Part shown: positions 28,701-38,487 of the stretch, one piece after another
Numbering within the stretch: position 1 is the stretch's first letter
Layout of the letters: the number at the start of each line of letters is the position of its first letter
DNA from: Brevibacterium luteolum
GTDB lineage: Bacteria; Actinomycetota; Actinomycetes; Actinomycetales; Brevibacteriaceae
Reading direction: 5' to 3'
Length of the DNA stretch: 46,988 nt
Assembly (NCBI RefSeq): GCF_013004595.1
Contig: NZ_JABEMC010000013.1
Span: 1-46,988 of the forward strand
Notes under the pieces: generated by a model
Databases searched by the model: none
What the model saw: the letters and a program-made list of their open reading frames with translations, nothing else
What the model was told of the DNA's origin: nothing
Translations under genes and position numbers: made by a program

Positions 28701-28719
28701 CGCCGCGCGCTGGCCTGAG
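28701..28719 (+). repeat. 19-bp direct repeat, right copy
   Basis: Identical to 26700-26718 and located 5 nt after the rloB stop. Confidence 0.95.
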
Positions 28720-28779
28720 CCCCGTCTCTCACATCAACACGCCCTGCCTCGGCCGCCGCACACATGACAGACTGGCCCC

Positions 28780-29970
28780 ATGACACGGGTGCTGATCGTC
28801 GGAGCAGGAATCATCGGACTGGCCACGGCCTACCAGCTCGCCCAGCGCGGAGCCGAGGTCACCGTCCTCGAACGCAGCCACACTGCTGTCGGAGCCAGCT
28901 GGGGCAATGCCGGCTGGGTGTGTCCGGGGCTCGCGACACCGCTGGCCGTGCCCGGCGGCTGGAAGCACGGCATCGACGCGGTGACGAAGCCGCATGCCCC
29001 GCTCACCTTCTCCCGCATCACCCCAGCGCTGACGGTGTTCTTAGCGAAGTTCGCCTCCCAGATGACCGAAGGCCGCTACCAGGCAGCTCTGCGCGCCAAC
29101 GCCCCGCTGGCCCGCGAGGCGCTGCCGGCCTTCGACCGCCTCGCCGAGGCCGGGGTCACGAGCCCCGTGAATCGTGCCGACTACACCATCGGCGCTGAGG
29201 ACAATGACACGATCGTCAGCTTCGCCGGCGAGCTGGCGAAGATCTCCGACCTCGGCGTCGAGGTCGGCAGCTGCCGCCTCGACCCGCGCACCGTGCCGTA
29301 CTTCACCGACCGCGTCACCGCGGCTCTCCGGGTCACCGGCCAGGCGTACATCGACCCGGGGGAGTACTGCCGGTCGCTGGCCGCGCTGGCCGAACGGGCC
29401 GGCGTGCAGATCATCACCGGCGCCGAGGTGGTGGCCGGGCATGCCGGTTCCGAATCCGTCAGCGTCGTTGACCAGTCCGGAGCCGCCCACACCGCCGATG
29501 AGCTCGTGGTCGCCGCTGGTGCCTGGTCCGATGATGTGCTGCGCGCTGTCGCCGGCCGCAGCGCCATGACCGGGCAGGCCGCCGGCCGCGGCTACTCCTT
29601 CACCGTCGATGCCGATCGCGGGCACTTGCCCGAAGGGCCGGTCTACCTGCCGGCACAGCGCGTCGTACTCACCCCGTATCAGGGTGCCATCCGGGTCGCC
29701 GGCACCATGGAGTTCGCCCACCCGGACGCACCGCCGCGGCACGGGCGCATCGAGGCGATCGTCTCCCAGATCGCGCCGCTGCTCGATGGGATCGAACTGT
29801 CAGACACCCGCGACCACTGGGTGGGCCCGCGACCGGTCAGCACCGACGGCCGGCCCGTCATGCGCCGCGTCGCCCAGCGCATCACCGCCGCCACCGGCCA
29901 CGGCATGTGGGGCATCGTCTTCGGCCCCATCACCGGTGAGCGCATCGCCGAACAGCTGCTCCGTCACTGA
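28780..29970 (+). CDS. DadA-like FAD-dependent D-amino acid dehydrogenase/oxidase
   Basis: GAGIIG, ASWGNAG, GRGYS, WVGPRPVSTDGRP and ATGHGMWG. Confidence 0.88.
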   Translation: MTRVLIVGAGIIGLATAYQLAQRGAEVTVLERSHTAVGASWGNAGWVCPGLATPLAVPGGWKHGIDAVTKPHAPLTFSRITPALTVFLAKFASQMTEGRYQAALRANAPLAREALPAFDRLAEAGVTSPVNRADYTIGAEDNDTIVSFAGELAKISDLGVEVGSCRLDPRTVPYFTDRVTAALRVTGQAYIDPGEYCRSLAALAERAGVQIITGAEVVAGHAGSESVSVVDQSGAAHTADELVVAAGAWSDDVLRAVAGRSAMTGQAAGRGYSFTVDADRGHLPEGPVYLPAQRVVLTPYQGAIRVAGTMEFAHPDAPPRHGRIEAIVSQIAPLLDGIELSDTRDHWVGPRPVSTDGRPVMRRVAQRITAATGHGMWGIVFGPITGERIAEQLLRH

Positions 29971-30005
29971 CGGCCACGACAACAGAAGCTCAAGGAGGAG
30001 TCCCC

Positions 30006-31712
30006 ATGTCTCAGCGCAGCATCTCACGCGACGGCGGTCGCCTGTTCGCAGATCCAGGCCAGGACGGGCTGCTGCACCGCGCCTTCCTGCGCGGCGGCGG
30101 CTTCAGCGCCGAGGACGTGCGACGCTCACCGGTCATCGGCATCGCCAGCAGCGCCAGCGAGCTCAACCCGTGCAATGCAGGGCTCGGAGACCTGGCCGCC
30201 GAGGTGAAGGCAGGGGTGCGCGAGGCCGGTGGCCTGCCGCTGGAGTTCCCGACCATCTCGATCTCCGAACCCTACACTCGGCCTACGAGTCTGTACCTGC
30301 GCAACCTCATGTCCATGGACGTCGAGGAGATGATCCTCGCCTCACCGATCGACGGGGTCATCCTGCTCGGCGGCTGCGACAAGACGATCCCGGCCCAGCT
30401 CATGGGCGCCATCAGCGCAGACATCCCCGCGCTGGTGCTGGCCGCCGGCCCGCGCCCGGTGTCCTGCTTCCAGGACAATGACGCCTTCACCGTCGGCGAT
30501 GTCTGGCCGGTCTGCGAGAAGCGGCGCCTCGGCCAGCTCGACGACGAGGAGTGGTTCGCCTTCGAAGGCCGCACGAACATCGGCGTGGGCACCTGCAATG
30601 TCATGGGCACCGCCACGACGATGGCGGCCATCGCCGAGGTGTTGGGCTTCGCTCCGCCCGGCTCCACCCTGCCGGCTGCCGCCAGCAGCGCCCGGCGCGA
30701 GATCGCTCGGCTCACCGGCGCGGTCCTCACCGCAGCAGACAATCCCTGGCCGCGACCGAGCGAGCTCGTGACGATGGCCTCCCTGGAGAACGCCTTCCGC
30801 GTCATCACGGCGCTCGGCGGCTCGACGAATGCGCTCATCCACCTGGAGGCGATCGCCGGCCGCGCCGGGCTGCGCATCGGCATCGAACGCTTCGAACAGT
30901 GGTCGCGCACCACCCCGGTGCTGGCAGATGTGCGACCAGCAGGCAGCTTCTTGCTCGACGACCTGGACGCCGCCGGCGGCATTCCCGAGGTGATGCGCCG
31001 GCTCAGCGATCGCATCGACACCGACGCGCTCGCCGGGGACGGCCGACGCTGGTCAGAGGTGCTGGCCGAACGCGCCCCGGCCGCAGCACATCCGGCGCTG
31101 CGGGACACTCAGAACCCGATCGCCGAGCGCGGCGCACTGCGGATGATGCGCGGCAGCCTCGCCCCGGGCGGCTGCGTCATGAAGCTCGCCGCCGGTGCAC
31201 CAGCGGTCAGGCGCGCCCCTGTGGTCGTCTTCGACGGCCTCGACGATCTCTACGCCCGCATCGACGATCCCGATCTCGACGTCACCCCGGAGACGATCCT
31301 CGTCCTCCGCGGCCTCGGCGTCATCGGCGCGCCTGGGATGCCGGAGGTCGGGCACCTGCCGATACCCCGGAAGCTCATGGAGCAGGGTGTGGAGGACATG
31401 ACCCGGATCTCCGATGCCCGCATGAGCGGCACCTCCACCGGCTCCGTCATCCTGCATGTCACGCCCGAATCCGCGGTCGGCGGCCCGCTGGCCAAGCTGC
31501 GCACAGGAGACATCGTCGAGATCGACGCCGATGCCGGGACGATCGACCACTGCGTGCCCGCCGCGGGGTTCGCCGCGCGCGAACCGATCATGCAGCCGAT
31601 GACGGCCGAGCGCGGATACGCCCGCCTGCACCGCGAACATGTGCTCCAGCCCGATGCCGGCTGCGACTTCGACTTCCTCACCGCCGCCGAGCTCAGAACC
31701 GACGCGCGCTGA
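30006..31712 (+). CDS. IlvD/Edd-family dehydratase, sugar-acid dehydratase type
   Basis: NPCN, GGCDKT, GTCNVMGTATTM, GGSTN and SDARMSGT. Confidence 0.9.
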   Translation: MSQRSISRDGGRLFADPGQDGLLHRAFLRGGGFSAEDVRRSPVIGIASSASELNPCNAGLGDLAAEVKAGVREAGGLPLEFPTISISEPYTRPTSLYLRNLMSMDVEEMILASPIDGVILLGGCDKTIPAQLMGAISADIPALVLAAGPRPVSCFQDNDAFTVGDVWPVCEKRRLGQLDDEEWFAFEGRTNIGVGTCNVMGTATTMAAIAEVLGFAPPGSTLPAAASSARREIARLTGAVLTAADNPWPRPSELVTMASLENAFRVITALGGSTNALIHLEAIAGRAGLRIGIERFEQWSRTTPVLADVRPAGSFLLDDLDAAGGIPEVMRRLSDRIDTDALAGDGRRWSEVLAERAPAAAHPALRDTQNPIAERGALRMMRGSLAPGGCVMKLAAGAPAVRRAPVVVFDGLDDLYARIDDPDLDVTPETILVLRGLGVIGAPGMPEVGHLPIPRKLMEQGVEDMTRISDARMSGTSTGSVILHVTPESAVGGPLAKLRTGDIVEIDADAGTIDHCVPAAGFAAREPIMQPMTAERGYARLHREHVLQPDAGCDFDFLTAAELRTDAR

Positions 31713-31756
31713 CCCACCCCGCCGGCCCGGTCGCTCCTCCACGCCAGCCCGCACAA

Positions 31757-31794
31757 TGACAGCCGGCCCGGTGCAGTCACCGGGCCGGCTGTCA
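31757..31794. terminator. Bidirectional hairpin between convergent operons
   Basis: 17-bp perfect stem tgacagccggcccggtg/caccgggccggctgtca. Confidence 0.8.
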
Positions 31795-31822
31795 GGCCGT
31801 CTCAGCAGCCGCTCACATCACC

Positions 31823-33298
31823 TCAGTCAGCGGCCGGAGCCGCCTTCTTCGACTTGGTGAAGTAGCGGGCGAGGGTCTCGTCCGAGGCCGGCTTCGTCAG
31901 CAGCGAGATGATGACGAAGCACGGGATGTTGACGGCGAAGCCCCAGATGCCGGCATGGATGCCGAGCGGGTGCACGAACACGAAGGAGAACAGGATCGTC
32001 ACGATCGACCCGGCGGTGAGCCCGACGAGCGCACCGACCTTCGTCGCCCGCGGCCAGTAGAAGATGCCGATCATGATCGGGAACGCCTGTCCGGTGAACC
32101 CGTAGCCGATGAGCAGGATGTAGACGAGGCTCGCCGGCTCCATGATCGAGATCGGGGCGATGATGAGCGCCATGAGCGGGAAGATGAGCCACCGGGTCAT
32201 CCGGCCGGTCCGCTCATTCGACAGCTTGAACAGCGGCTGCAGCACGTCCTTGCTGTAGGTCAGCGCGGTGGCGTGGATGTTCGGCTCACTCGACGACATC
32301 GAGGCCGCTAGCGTTCCCGCACCCAGCAGACCGGCGACGATGACCGGCATATTGTCGACAGCCAGCTGGATTGCAACCTTGTCGGAGGCGGCGATGTCCG
32401 GGTACTCGAAGATGCCGATGAAGCCGACGATGATCATCGGAATGAGCACCAGGTAGTACAGCGGCAGGTACGTCGTGGCGACCTTGAGGCTGCGCGCGGA
32501 CTTCGCACCCATCCACGAGATCCAGTGGCTCTGCCAGATCGAGAAGAAGGAGATGAGGATCGACGTCGTCCAGAACGCGTACGACATATCGCCGAGCGCA
32601 CCGGGCAGGGTGAGGAACTCAGGTGCGTCCTGCTGCAGCCGCTCGAAGATCGGCGTCGCATCGAAGCCGCCGGTGAACCAGTTGACCGCCCACAGCCCCA
32701 CCATGAACGACACGATGAACATGAGCGCGCCCTGGAAGGCATTCGTGAAGCCGATCGCGCGCAGACCGCTGCGGAACAGGTAGATCGAGATGACCGCTAG
32801 GGTGAGGATGACGCCCAGCCACGTCGGGATGAGCCCGAAGCTCATGACATTGAGGATGTAGGCCGAGCCGATCGTCTGCAGCACGGCATAGGCGATGCCG
32901 CCGATCGACACGACGACCGCCGTCAGACCGCCGAGCAGCGGCGACTCGTACCGGTCGGTGATCGTCGTCGACTGGGTGGCATGCCCGAAGCGGCGGCCGA
33001 AGTTCCACACCTTCGGGCCGATGTGCCAGGCGACGAACGACATGAACGCCAGGTACACGACGACGTAGAGGGCCGGCACGCCCTTGTCGTGTGCCCAGCC
33101 GGGTGAGCCCATGAAGGTGTAGGCGCTCACGCCGCCGGCAGCGACGAGGAGGTAGATGACGAACGGGCCCATGCTGCGGCTGCCCACGCCCCACCCTTCG
33201 ACAGTGCGCATATTGTGTCCGCGCCCGGCGCCTGCGCCGATGACGACGGCGATGACGAGATAGGCGGCGGTGATGATGAACGGGATGTACTGCGTCAT
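31823..33298 (-). CDS. Sodium:solute symporter (SSS) family protein
   Basis: About 13 TM helices, with SAYTFMG.PG and LAASMSS. Confidence 0.92.
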   Translation of the reverse strand: MTQYIPFIITAAYLVIAVVIGAGAGRGHNMRTVEGWGVGSRSMGPFVIYLLVAAGGVSAYTFMGSPGWAHDKGVPALYVVVYLAFMSFVAWHIGPKVWNFGRRFGHATQSTTITDRYESPLLGGLTAVVVSIGGIAYAVLQTIGSAYILNVMSFGLIPTWLGVILTLAVISIYLFRSGLRAIGFTNAFQGALMFIVSFMVGLWAVNWFTGGFDATPIFERLQQDAPEFLTLPGALGDMSYAFWTTSILISFFSIWQSHWISWMGAKSARSLKVATTYLPLYYLVLIPMIIVGFIGIFEYPDIAASDKVAIQLAVDNMPVIVAGLLGAGTLAASMSSSEPNIHATALTYSKDVLQPLFKLSNERTGRMTRWLIFPLMALIIAPISIMEPASLVYILLIGYGFTGQAFPIMIGIFYWPRATKVGALVGLTAGSIVTILFSFVFVHPLGIHAGIWGFAVNIPCFVIISLLTKPASDETLARYFTKSKKAAPAAD

Positions 33299-33582
33299 CG
33301 TCCCTCACCTCCCGGCTGCCCGGCATCAACGCTCGTGCCGTCCGGACCGAGCGGGTCGACATCGCCCAGATCGCCGGTGATCCGGTTGATGATGACCATC
33401 GCAATGGTGGTGATGAAGAGGATCGCGATCGACCAGACCATGAGCAGCGGCATGCCGAGCACGAGCACGTTCCGGTCGAAGAGCACGACGACCGGCCAGA
33501 TGCCGAGGACGATGACGACGGCGACGATGCCGAGGCTCACCCACCCTCCTGCGCTCGACGGAGTTCGGAAGCGCATGTCCAT
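33295..33582 (-). CDS. Small two-TM SSS accessory protein (DUF3311-like)
   Basis: VLGMPLLMVW, with an ATGA overlap with the SSS gene. Confidence 0.85.
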   Translation of the reverse strand: MDMRFRTPSSAGGWVSLGIVAVVIVLGIWPVVVLFDRNVLVLGMPLLMVWSIAILFITTIAMVIINRITGDLGDVDPLGPDGTSVDAGQPGGEGR

Positions 33583-33595
33583 ATGTGTTCCTTCC

Positions 33596-34555
33596 TTAGA
33601 TGGCGGAGTTCGCCGCTGGCTCCGGCAGCGCCTGCAGCCGGTCAGCAGTGTGTGTCAGAGCCTCAGCGGCACCCGGGCCGGAGGCGATGAGAACGATCTG
33701 TGCCGGCGCAGCGTCGCCGCGCACGGCAGGGGAGAGGCGCACCCGCCCGCCGGCCAGCTGCACCTCATGCCACTGCCCGGCGGCATCCCGGGCGAATCCC
33801 TTGGCACGCACGAGCCCCGAGGCGCTGAGCGCCTGCGCAAGCCGGTCGAGTTCGACGGCGCCTGCCAGCCTCACCGTCGTCGTCTCGTGCACCTGTGCGT
33901 GCCGGTCCCGAGGCGCCAGCCGGCTTCCAGCCGTGCGCTCACGAGCGGCCTCGGCACCGGCGGCGGTCAGGGACTCTGGTGCCTGCAGCAGCACATCGAC
34001 CCAGCCGCTCGCATCCTCATCAGTGAGGATCTGGGCGTGCGGGCTGATCGCCGCGGCAGCGCCGCGGGCCGCCTCGACCTGAGGCGGCGAGGCCAGGCCG
34101 GTCTTCGTGATGAGCAGAACATCGGCGGCCGCGATCTGCTGTGTGATGACATCGGCGATGAACTCATCGCGCAGCCGCTGCACTGTCACAAGCGCATCGA
34201 GGCAGACGATGACCGGGCCGCTGCAGAACCCGGGATAGGTGCGCCACGCACCCAGCTGACCCGGATCCCCGACCCCGCTGATCTCGCAGATGACATGCCG
34301 GATATCGGCGCGTGCTGCCAGCGCCGCCATGGTCTGCTGCACATCGTCGGTGATCTGGCAGCAGATGCAGCCATTGCTCAGCTCCAGGGTGTCCGCCCCG
34401 GCCGCAGCGATGAGATCGGCGTCGATGCTGATATCGCCGAAGTCATTGACGACCACGGCCACCGCATCGGCATGCGGGGACCGCAGCAGCCGGTTGACGA
34501 GCGTCGTCTTCCCGGTGCCCAGATATCCGCCGATGAGGGTGAGCGGGATGCTCAC
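33596..34555 (-). CDS. CobW/COG0523 GTPase metallochaperone
   Basis: GYLGTGKTT, VNDFG, ELSNGCICC, EISGV, TKT and RAKG. Confidence 0.92.
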   Translation of the reverse strand: MSIPLTLIGGYLGTGKTTLVNRLLRSPHADAVAVVVNDFGDISIDADLIAAAGADTLELSNGCICCQITDDVQQTMAALAARADIRHVICEISGVGDPGQLGAWRTYPGFCSGPVIVCLDALVTVQRLRDEFIADVITQQIAAADVLLITKTGLASPPQVEAARGAAAAISPHAQILTDEDASGWVDVLLQAPESLTAAGAEAARERTAGSRLAPRDRHAQVHETTTVRLAGAVELDRLAQALSASGLVRAKGFARDAAGQWHEVQLAGGRVRLSPAVRGDAAPAQIVLIASGPGAAEALTHTADRLQALPEPAANSAI

Positions 34556-36231
34556 GTGCCGGCCTTCACATTGCTGGCGAAGTGCCGGCCGCCCACCACC
34601 GTGCCGTGCACGCGGATCGCGCCGATCTGCGCCGGCTCGACGGCCAGCGGATCCTCGGCGAGCACCGCCAGATCAGCGAACTTGCCCGGCTCGATCGAAC
34701 CGATCTCGGCATCGCGCTTGAGCATATAGGCGCTGCCGATCGTCACCGCCGCCAGCGCAGCCGCAGCATCGATGCGCTCATGCTCGCCCATCACCCGCCC
34801 CGACAGCGTCCGGCGGGTGACCGCATGCATGACGGTCCTGAGCGGGCCCAGCGGCGTGACCGGGGAATCAGAGTGCAGGCTGAAGGGAACGCCGAGGCGC
34901 TGCGCCGTTGCCGCCGCATTGTTCCGGCGTGCTCGGTCCGGGCCCATTGTCAGGTCGAGGTGCTGATCGCCCCACTGGTGGATGTGGTTGGCGAAGATGT
35001 TCGCACACGCCCCAAGCGCCTTCATCCGCCGGTACTGGGCCGGTGTCGACATCTGCGAGTGCGTGCACGTGTGCCGGTGGTCCGGGCGCGGATGGTCGAT
35101 GAGCACCCGCTCCAGGGTGTTGAGGAACAGCTCGGTGGCCTGATCGCCGTTGCAGTGGACGTGGATGAGCAGCCCGGCGGTGTGGAAGGCCTCGAACGCC
35201 CGGTGGAACTCTTCGGGGCTGACATTCCAGATCCCATTGGGCTCATCGCCGTAGTAGCCGGGCTGGCGCACGCGGGCGGTGAATCCCTGCAGGGTGCCGT
35301 CGAGCATGAGCTTGACGCTGCCGAATCCCAGCAGCGGTGTCGAGGAGGCCTTGAGCTCCTGCAGCCGCTGTGCATCCGCAGCCAGGGTCTGCGACACCGC
35401 GCCCACACCGGCGCCGAAGTGGAAGACCTCCAGCCGGGCCGGGAAGTCCCCGGTGACCGTCTGCTGGTACAGCTGCGTGCCCGCATCGTCCATGAGCAGC
35501 CGGGAGCCCAGATCGGTGAGCGTGGTGGTGCCGGTGTTGACGCCGTCCTGGCCGAAGTTCCGCAGCGCGTCGGCATCGATGCTCAGCAGGTCGTTGCCGC
35601 CGGCGACAGCGTTGACGAGCCCCATGGCCGCGAACTCGTGCAGCTCGCCGGTGAGCTCACCGGCGGCATCGCGGGACACGCCCTCGGTGCGCACGTCCTC
35701 GTCGACACCGCAGCGCTGCAGGGCCGCGGAGTTGACGGTCAGCGCGTGGCCGCTGGCGTGGTTGACGGCGATCGGCCGGGTGAGGGAGACCCGGTCGAGG
35801 TGCGCGCGGACGAGCTTCTCATGCTGGAAGTAGATGGGGTCGAGACCCCAGGCGATGAGCGGCGCCTCTGCATCCTCCAGCGCGGCGTCGGCCGCGGCGA
35901 GCCGGGAGATGACATCCTCGATCGAGGTGCAGCCGGGCCAGTGGGTGCCGTGCGGGTCGACGCGGTCGACATAGCCGACATACGTTCCCTTCCAAACATT
36001 GCCGGTGCCGGCATGGCTGTGCGCCTCGACGAAGCCCGGCAGCAGCACGGCATCGGCATAGCGCTCATCGAGGACGGCATGGGGATACTGCAGGAGCTCC
36101 TCGACGCTGCCGACGGCGCGGAACCGGTCGCCGCGGATCGCGACGGCCTCTGCCGTCGGCGCCGCAGGATCCATCGTCCGGACACGGCGTGCGGGATAGA
36201 CGATCGTCGGTTCCATCGCGTCGGTGATCAC
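34552..36231 (-). CDS. Amidohydrolase (Amidohydro_3/YtcJ-like)
   Basis: PGFVEAHSH, KLMLDG, HVHCNGD, HSDSPV and GSIEPGKFADL. Confidence 0.92.
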   Translation of the reverse strand: MITDAMEPTIVYPARRVRTMDPAAPTAEAVAIRGDRFRAVGSVEELLQYPHAVLDERYADAVLLPGFVEAHSHAGTGNVWKGTYVGYVDRVDPHGTHWPGCTSIEDVISRLAAADAALEDAEAPLIAWGLDPIYFQHEKLVRAHLDRVSLTRPIAVNHASGHALTVNSAALQRCGVDEDVRTEGVSRDAAGELTGELHEFAAMGLVNAVAGGNDLLSIDADALRNFGQDGVNTGTTTLTDLGSRLLMDDAGTQLYQQTVTGDFPARLEVFHFGAGVGAVSQTLAADAQRLQELKASSTPLLGFGSVKLMLDGTLQGFTARVRQPGYYGDEPNGIWNVSPEEFHRAFEAFHTAGLLIHVHCNGDQATELFLNTLERVLIDHPRPDHRHTCTHSQMSTPAQYRRMKALGACANIFANHIHQWGDQHLDLTMGPDRARRNNAAATAQRLGVPFSLHSDSPVTPLGPLRTVMHAVTRRTLSGRVMGEHERIDAAAALAAVTIGSAYMLKRDAEIGSIEPGKFADLAVLAEDPLAVEPAQIGAIRVHGTVVGGRHFASNVKAGT

Positions 36232-36372
36232 TTCGGCCCCTTTGCCTATTCGTGCGAGATGACACTCACGTACAGAAAGCGACCCGAGCATGTCATGGAA
36301 GCGAAACCGGCGCTACGGACGAACCGTAGCTACCGCGCCCCTCGGCCTTGACACTTCGTCAACTGACCGGAA

Positions 36373-36406
36373 GCTGCGCCGAGAACCCGGAGGTTCCCGG
36401 CGCAGC
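36373..36406 (-). terminator. Hairpin after the DUF885 gene
   Basis: gctgcgccgagaacc/ggttcccggcgcagc with one mismatch. Confidence 0.6.
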
Positions 36407-36413
36407 CGCTGTC

Positions 36414-38087
36414 TCAGAGGAGTGCCCGCCGCAGCGTATCGAGTCCGACAGAGCCGACCGCCAGCGCTCGGGCGTGGAAGTCCTTGAGGCTGAACGACGC
36501 GCCGGCCTGTGCCTTCGCCTCGTCGCGGATCTCTTCCCACAGCCGCTGACCGATCTTGTAGCTCGGCGCCTGACCCGGCCAGCCGAGGTAGCGGTTGAGC
36601 TCGAAGGCGAGGAAGCTGCGGTCCATGGCGACATTGTCGGTGAGGAATTGCCAGGCCTTCTTCGCATCCCACGTGCCGCCGCCCACCGACTCAGGCGCAT
36701 CCTGCTTCAGATGCACACCCAGGTCGACGCATACGCGGGCGGCACGCAGCCGCTGCGAGTCGAGCATGCCCATGTAGTCACCGGGGTCGTCGAGGAACCC
36801 GAGGTCGGCCATGAGCCGTTCGGCGTAGAGCGCCCAGCCCTCACCGTGTCCGGAGACCCAGCAGGCGTGCCGGCGCCAGTCGTTGAGCTGCTCCTTGAGA
36901 TACGTCGCCTGCCCGATCTGCAGGTGATGGCCCGGCACACCCTCGTGATAGACGGTCGTCTTCTCCTGCCATGTTGAGAAGGTCTCCGTGCCGGCAGGCA
37001 CCGACCACCACATGCGGCCAGGCCGTGAGAAGTCATCTGTCGGACCGGTGTAGTAGATCCCGCCGGTCCCATCGGGCAGCACCATGCACTCGATCGTGTG
37101 CAGCGGCTCGGGGATCTCGAAGTGCTCCTTCGACAGCTCGCGGGTTGCCTCATCAGCGGTGGCCTGCATCCACTCGCGCAGCGCATCAAGCCCGTGCAGC
37201 TGCCGGGAGGGATCCTCATCAAGCGCCTTCATCGCCGCGAACACGTCATCACCGGGGGAGACCTGGGCTGCGATCTTCTCCTGTTCGGAGTGGATCTGCG
37301 CCAGCTGGTCGAGACCCCACTGGTAGGTCTCCTCGAAGTCGATGTCTGCACCCAGGAACGTCCGGCTGTGCAGTTCGTACTCCTCTCGGCCGCACGCATC
37401 GTCGCTGCCGGCGTGCGGGGCGATCTCTGTGCGCAGGAACTGTGCGAGCTCGCCGTAGGCTGATCGTGCCTGCTCGGCACCTTCCTGCAGGGCGGCAGCA
37501 AGTGCTTCTGGGACCGAGGCGCCGGTGATAAGGGCATCGAAGTGCCCGCCGGGCTTGGCGGTCTCCTCAGCCTGCTTGGCGGCTTCGGTCACCTGGCGGA
37601 TCGCAGCGACCCGGCCCTGTTCGCGACCGGCGGTCAGTGACTCGCGGTAACCGTCGAGCGCCTCGGGCACCGACGAGAGCTTCGCGGCGATGTGCTCCCA
37701 GTCTCCTTCCGAGCCGGTGGGCATGAGGTCGAAAACGTCGCGGATCTGCTGGACGGGGGAGGTGATGACGTTGATATCGCCTAGATGATAGCCGCGTTCG
37801 ACGGTCTGGATGTCGAGCTCCAGGCGCTCGTGCATCGCATCAATGGTCACCCGGTCGGTGTCGTCGAGGGTCTCGGCGGCGGCCACGGCCTGGTCGAGGG
37901 CGGACAGGGTGTTCCTGGCGAGGTCCGCGCGGCGCTGGGCACCGGCGGGGGAGTAGTCATCGAGTTCGTCGATCCGGCCGTCGACTCCCAGCGAGACGCG
38001 GAACGAGGGGCTCATATCGAGCAGGCGGGCAACATAGTCATTCGCGACGGCGTCGATGCCGCTGGTGGGGCGTGAAAGCTCTGTCAT
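36414..38087 (-). CDS. DUF885 family protein (predicted metallopeptidase)
   Basis: HEGVPGHHLQ, EGWALYAE and RY..WPGQAPSYKIG. Confidence 0.93.
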   Translation of the reverse strand: MTELSRPTSGIDAVANDYVARLLDMSPSFRVSLGVDGRIDELDDYSPAGAQRRADLARNTLSALDQAVAAAETLDDTDRVTIDAMHERLELDIQTVERGYHLGDINVITSPVQQIRDVFDLMPTGSEGDWEHIAAKLSSVPEALDGYRESLTAGREQGRVAAIRQVTEAAKQAEETAKPGGHFDALITGASVPEALAAALQEGAEQARSAYGELAQFLRTEIAPHAGSDDACGREEYELHSRTFLGADIDFEETYQWGLDQLAQIHSEQEKIAAQVSPGDDVFAAMKALDEDPSRQLHGLDALREWMQATADEATRELSKEHFEIPEPLHTIECMVLPDGTGGIYYTGPTDDFSRPGRMWWSVPAGTETFSTWQEKTTVYHEGVPGHHLQIGQATYLKEQLNDWRRHACWVSGHGEGWALYAERLMADLGFLDDPGDYMGMLDSQRLRAARVCVDLGVHLKQDAPESVGGGTWDAKKAWQFLTDNVAMDRSFLAFELNRYLGWPGQAPSYKIGQRLWEEIRDEAKAQAGASFSLKDFHARALAVGSVGLDTLRRALL

Positions 38088-38241
38088 GGCCACCACCTTA
38101 ACGCCCAAATCGGCCACCGCCAGGTCAAGCTCCCCACAAGATCCGCCGCTGCTGAGGCGGTGATCGTGTCCGTATGGCGGGTGTCATGTGAATGACGCAC
38201 CGAACGCTTGTTAGAGTCCTTTTACATCGGCTTCAAAGGAG

Positions 38242-38421
38242 ATGCTCATGGTTTGCCCTCCACCGTTGGTGGCGGCCTCACCAGCGCAGGACTCGTCGTC
38301 CTCGCCGGCTGCGCGCCTGGGAGCACTTCCGTGCATCGTGGTGCTCAGTCTGGCGATCGTGCTGTTCTCAGTGTTCCCGCAGATCGTCACCTGGCTGCCC
38401 GAGGTGCTCTACAGTGAGTAG
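38242..38421 (+). pseudogene. Collapsed TRAP transporter operon remnant
   Basis: A lipobox-type signal ...GLVVLAGCA in one frame runs into the DctM-like C-terminus GALPCIVVLSLAIVLFSVFPQIVTWLPEVLYSE* in another. Confidence 0.6.
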
Positions 38422-38487
38422 GCCGCCGAGCAGGAGTGCGGGCGCAGGCGGCAGATGAGACAGCAGTGATGGAAGGGAGGGAGGCGC

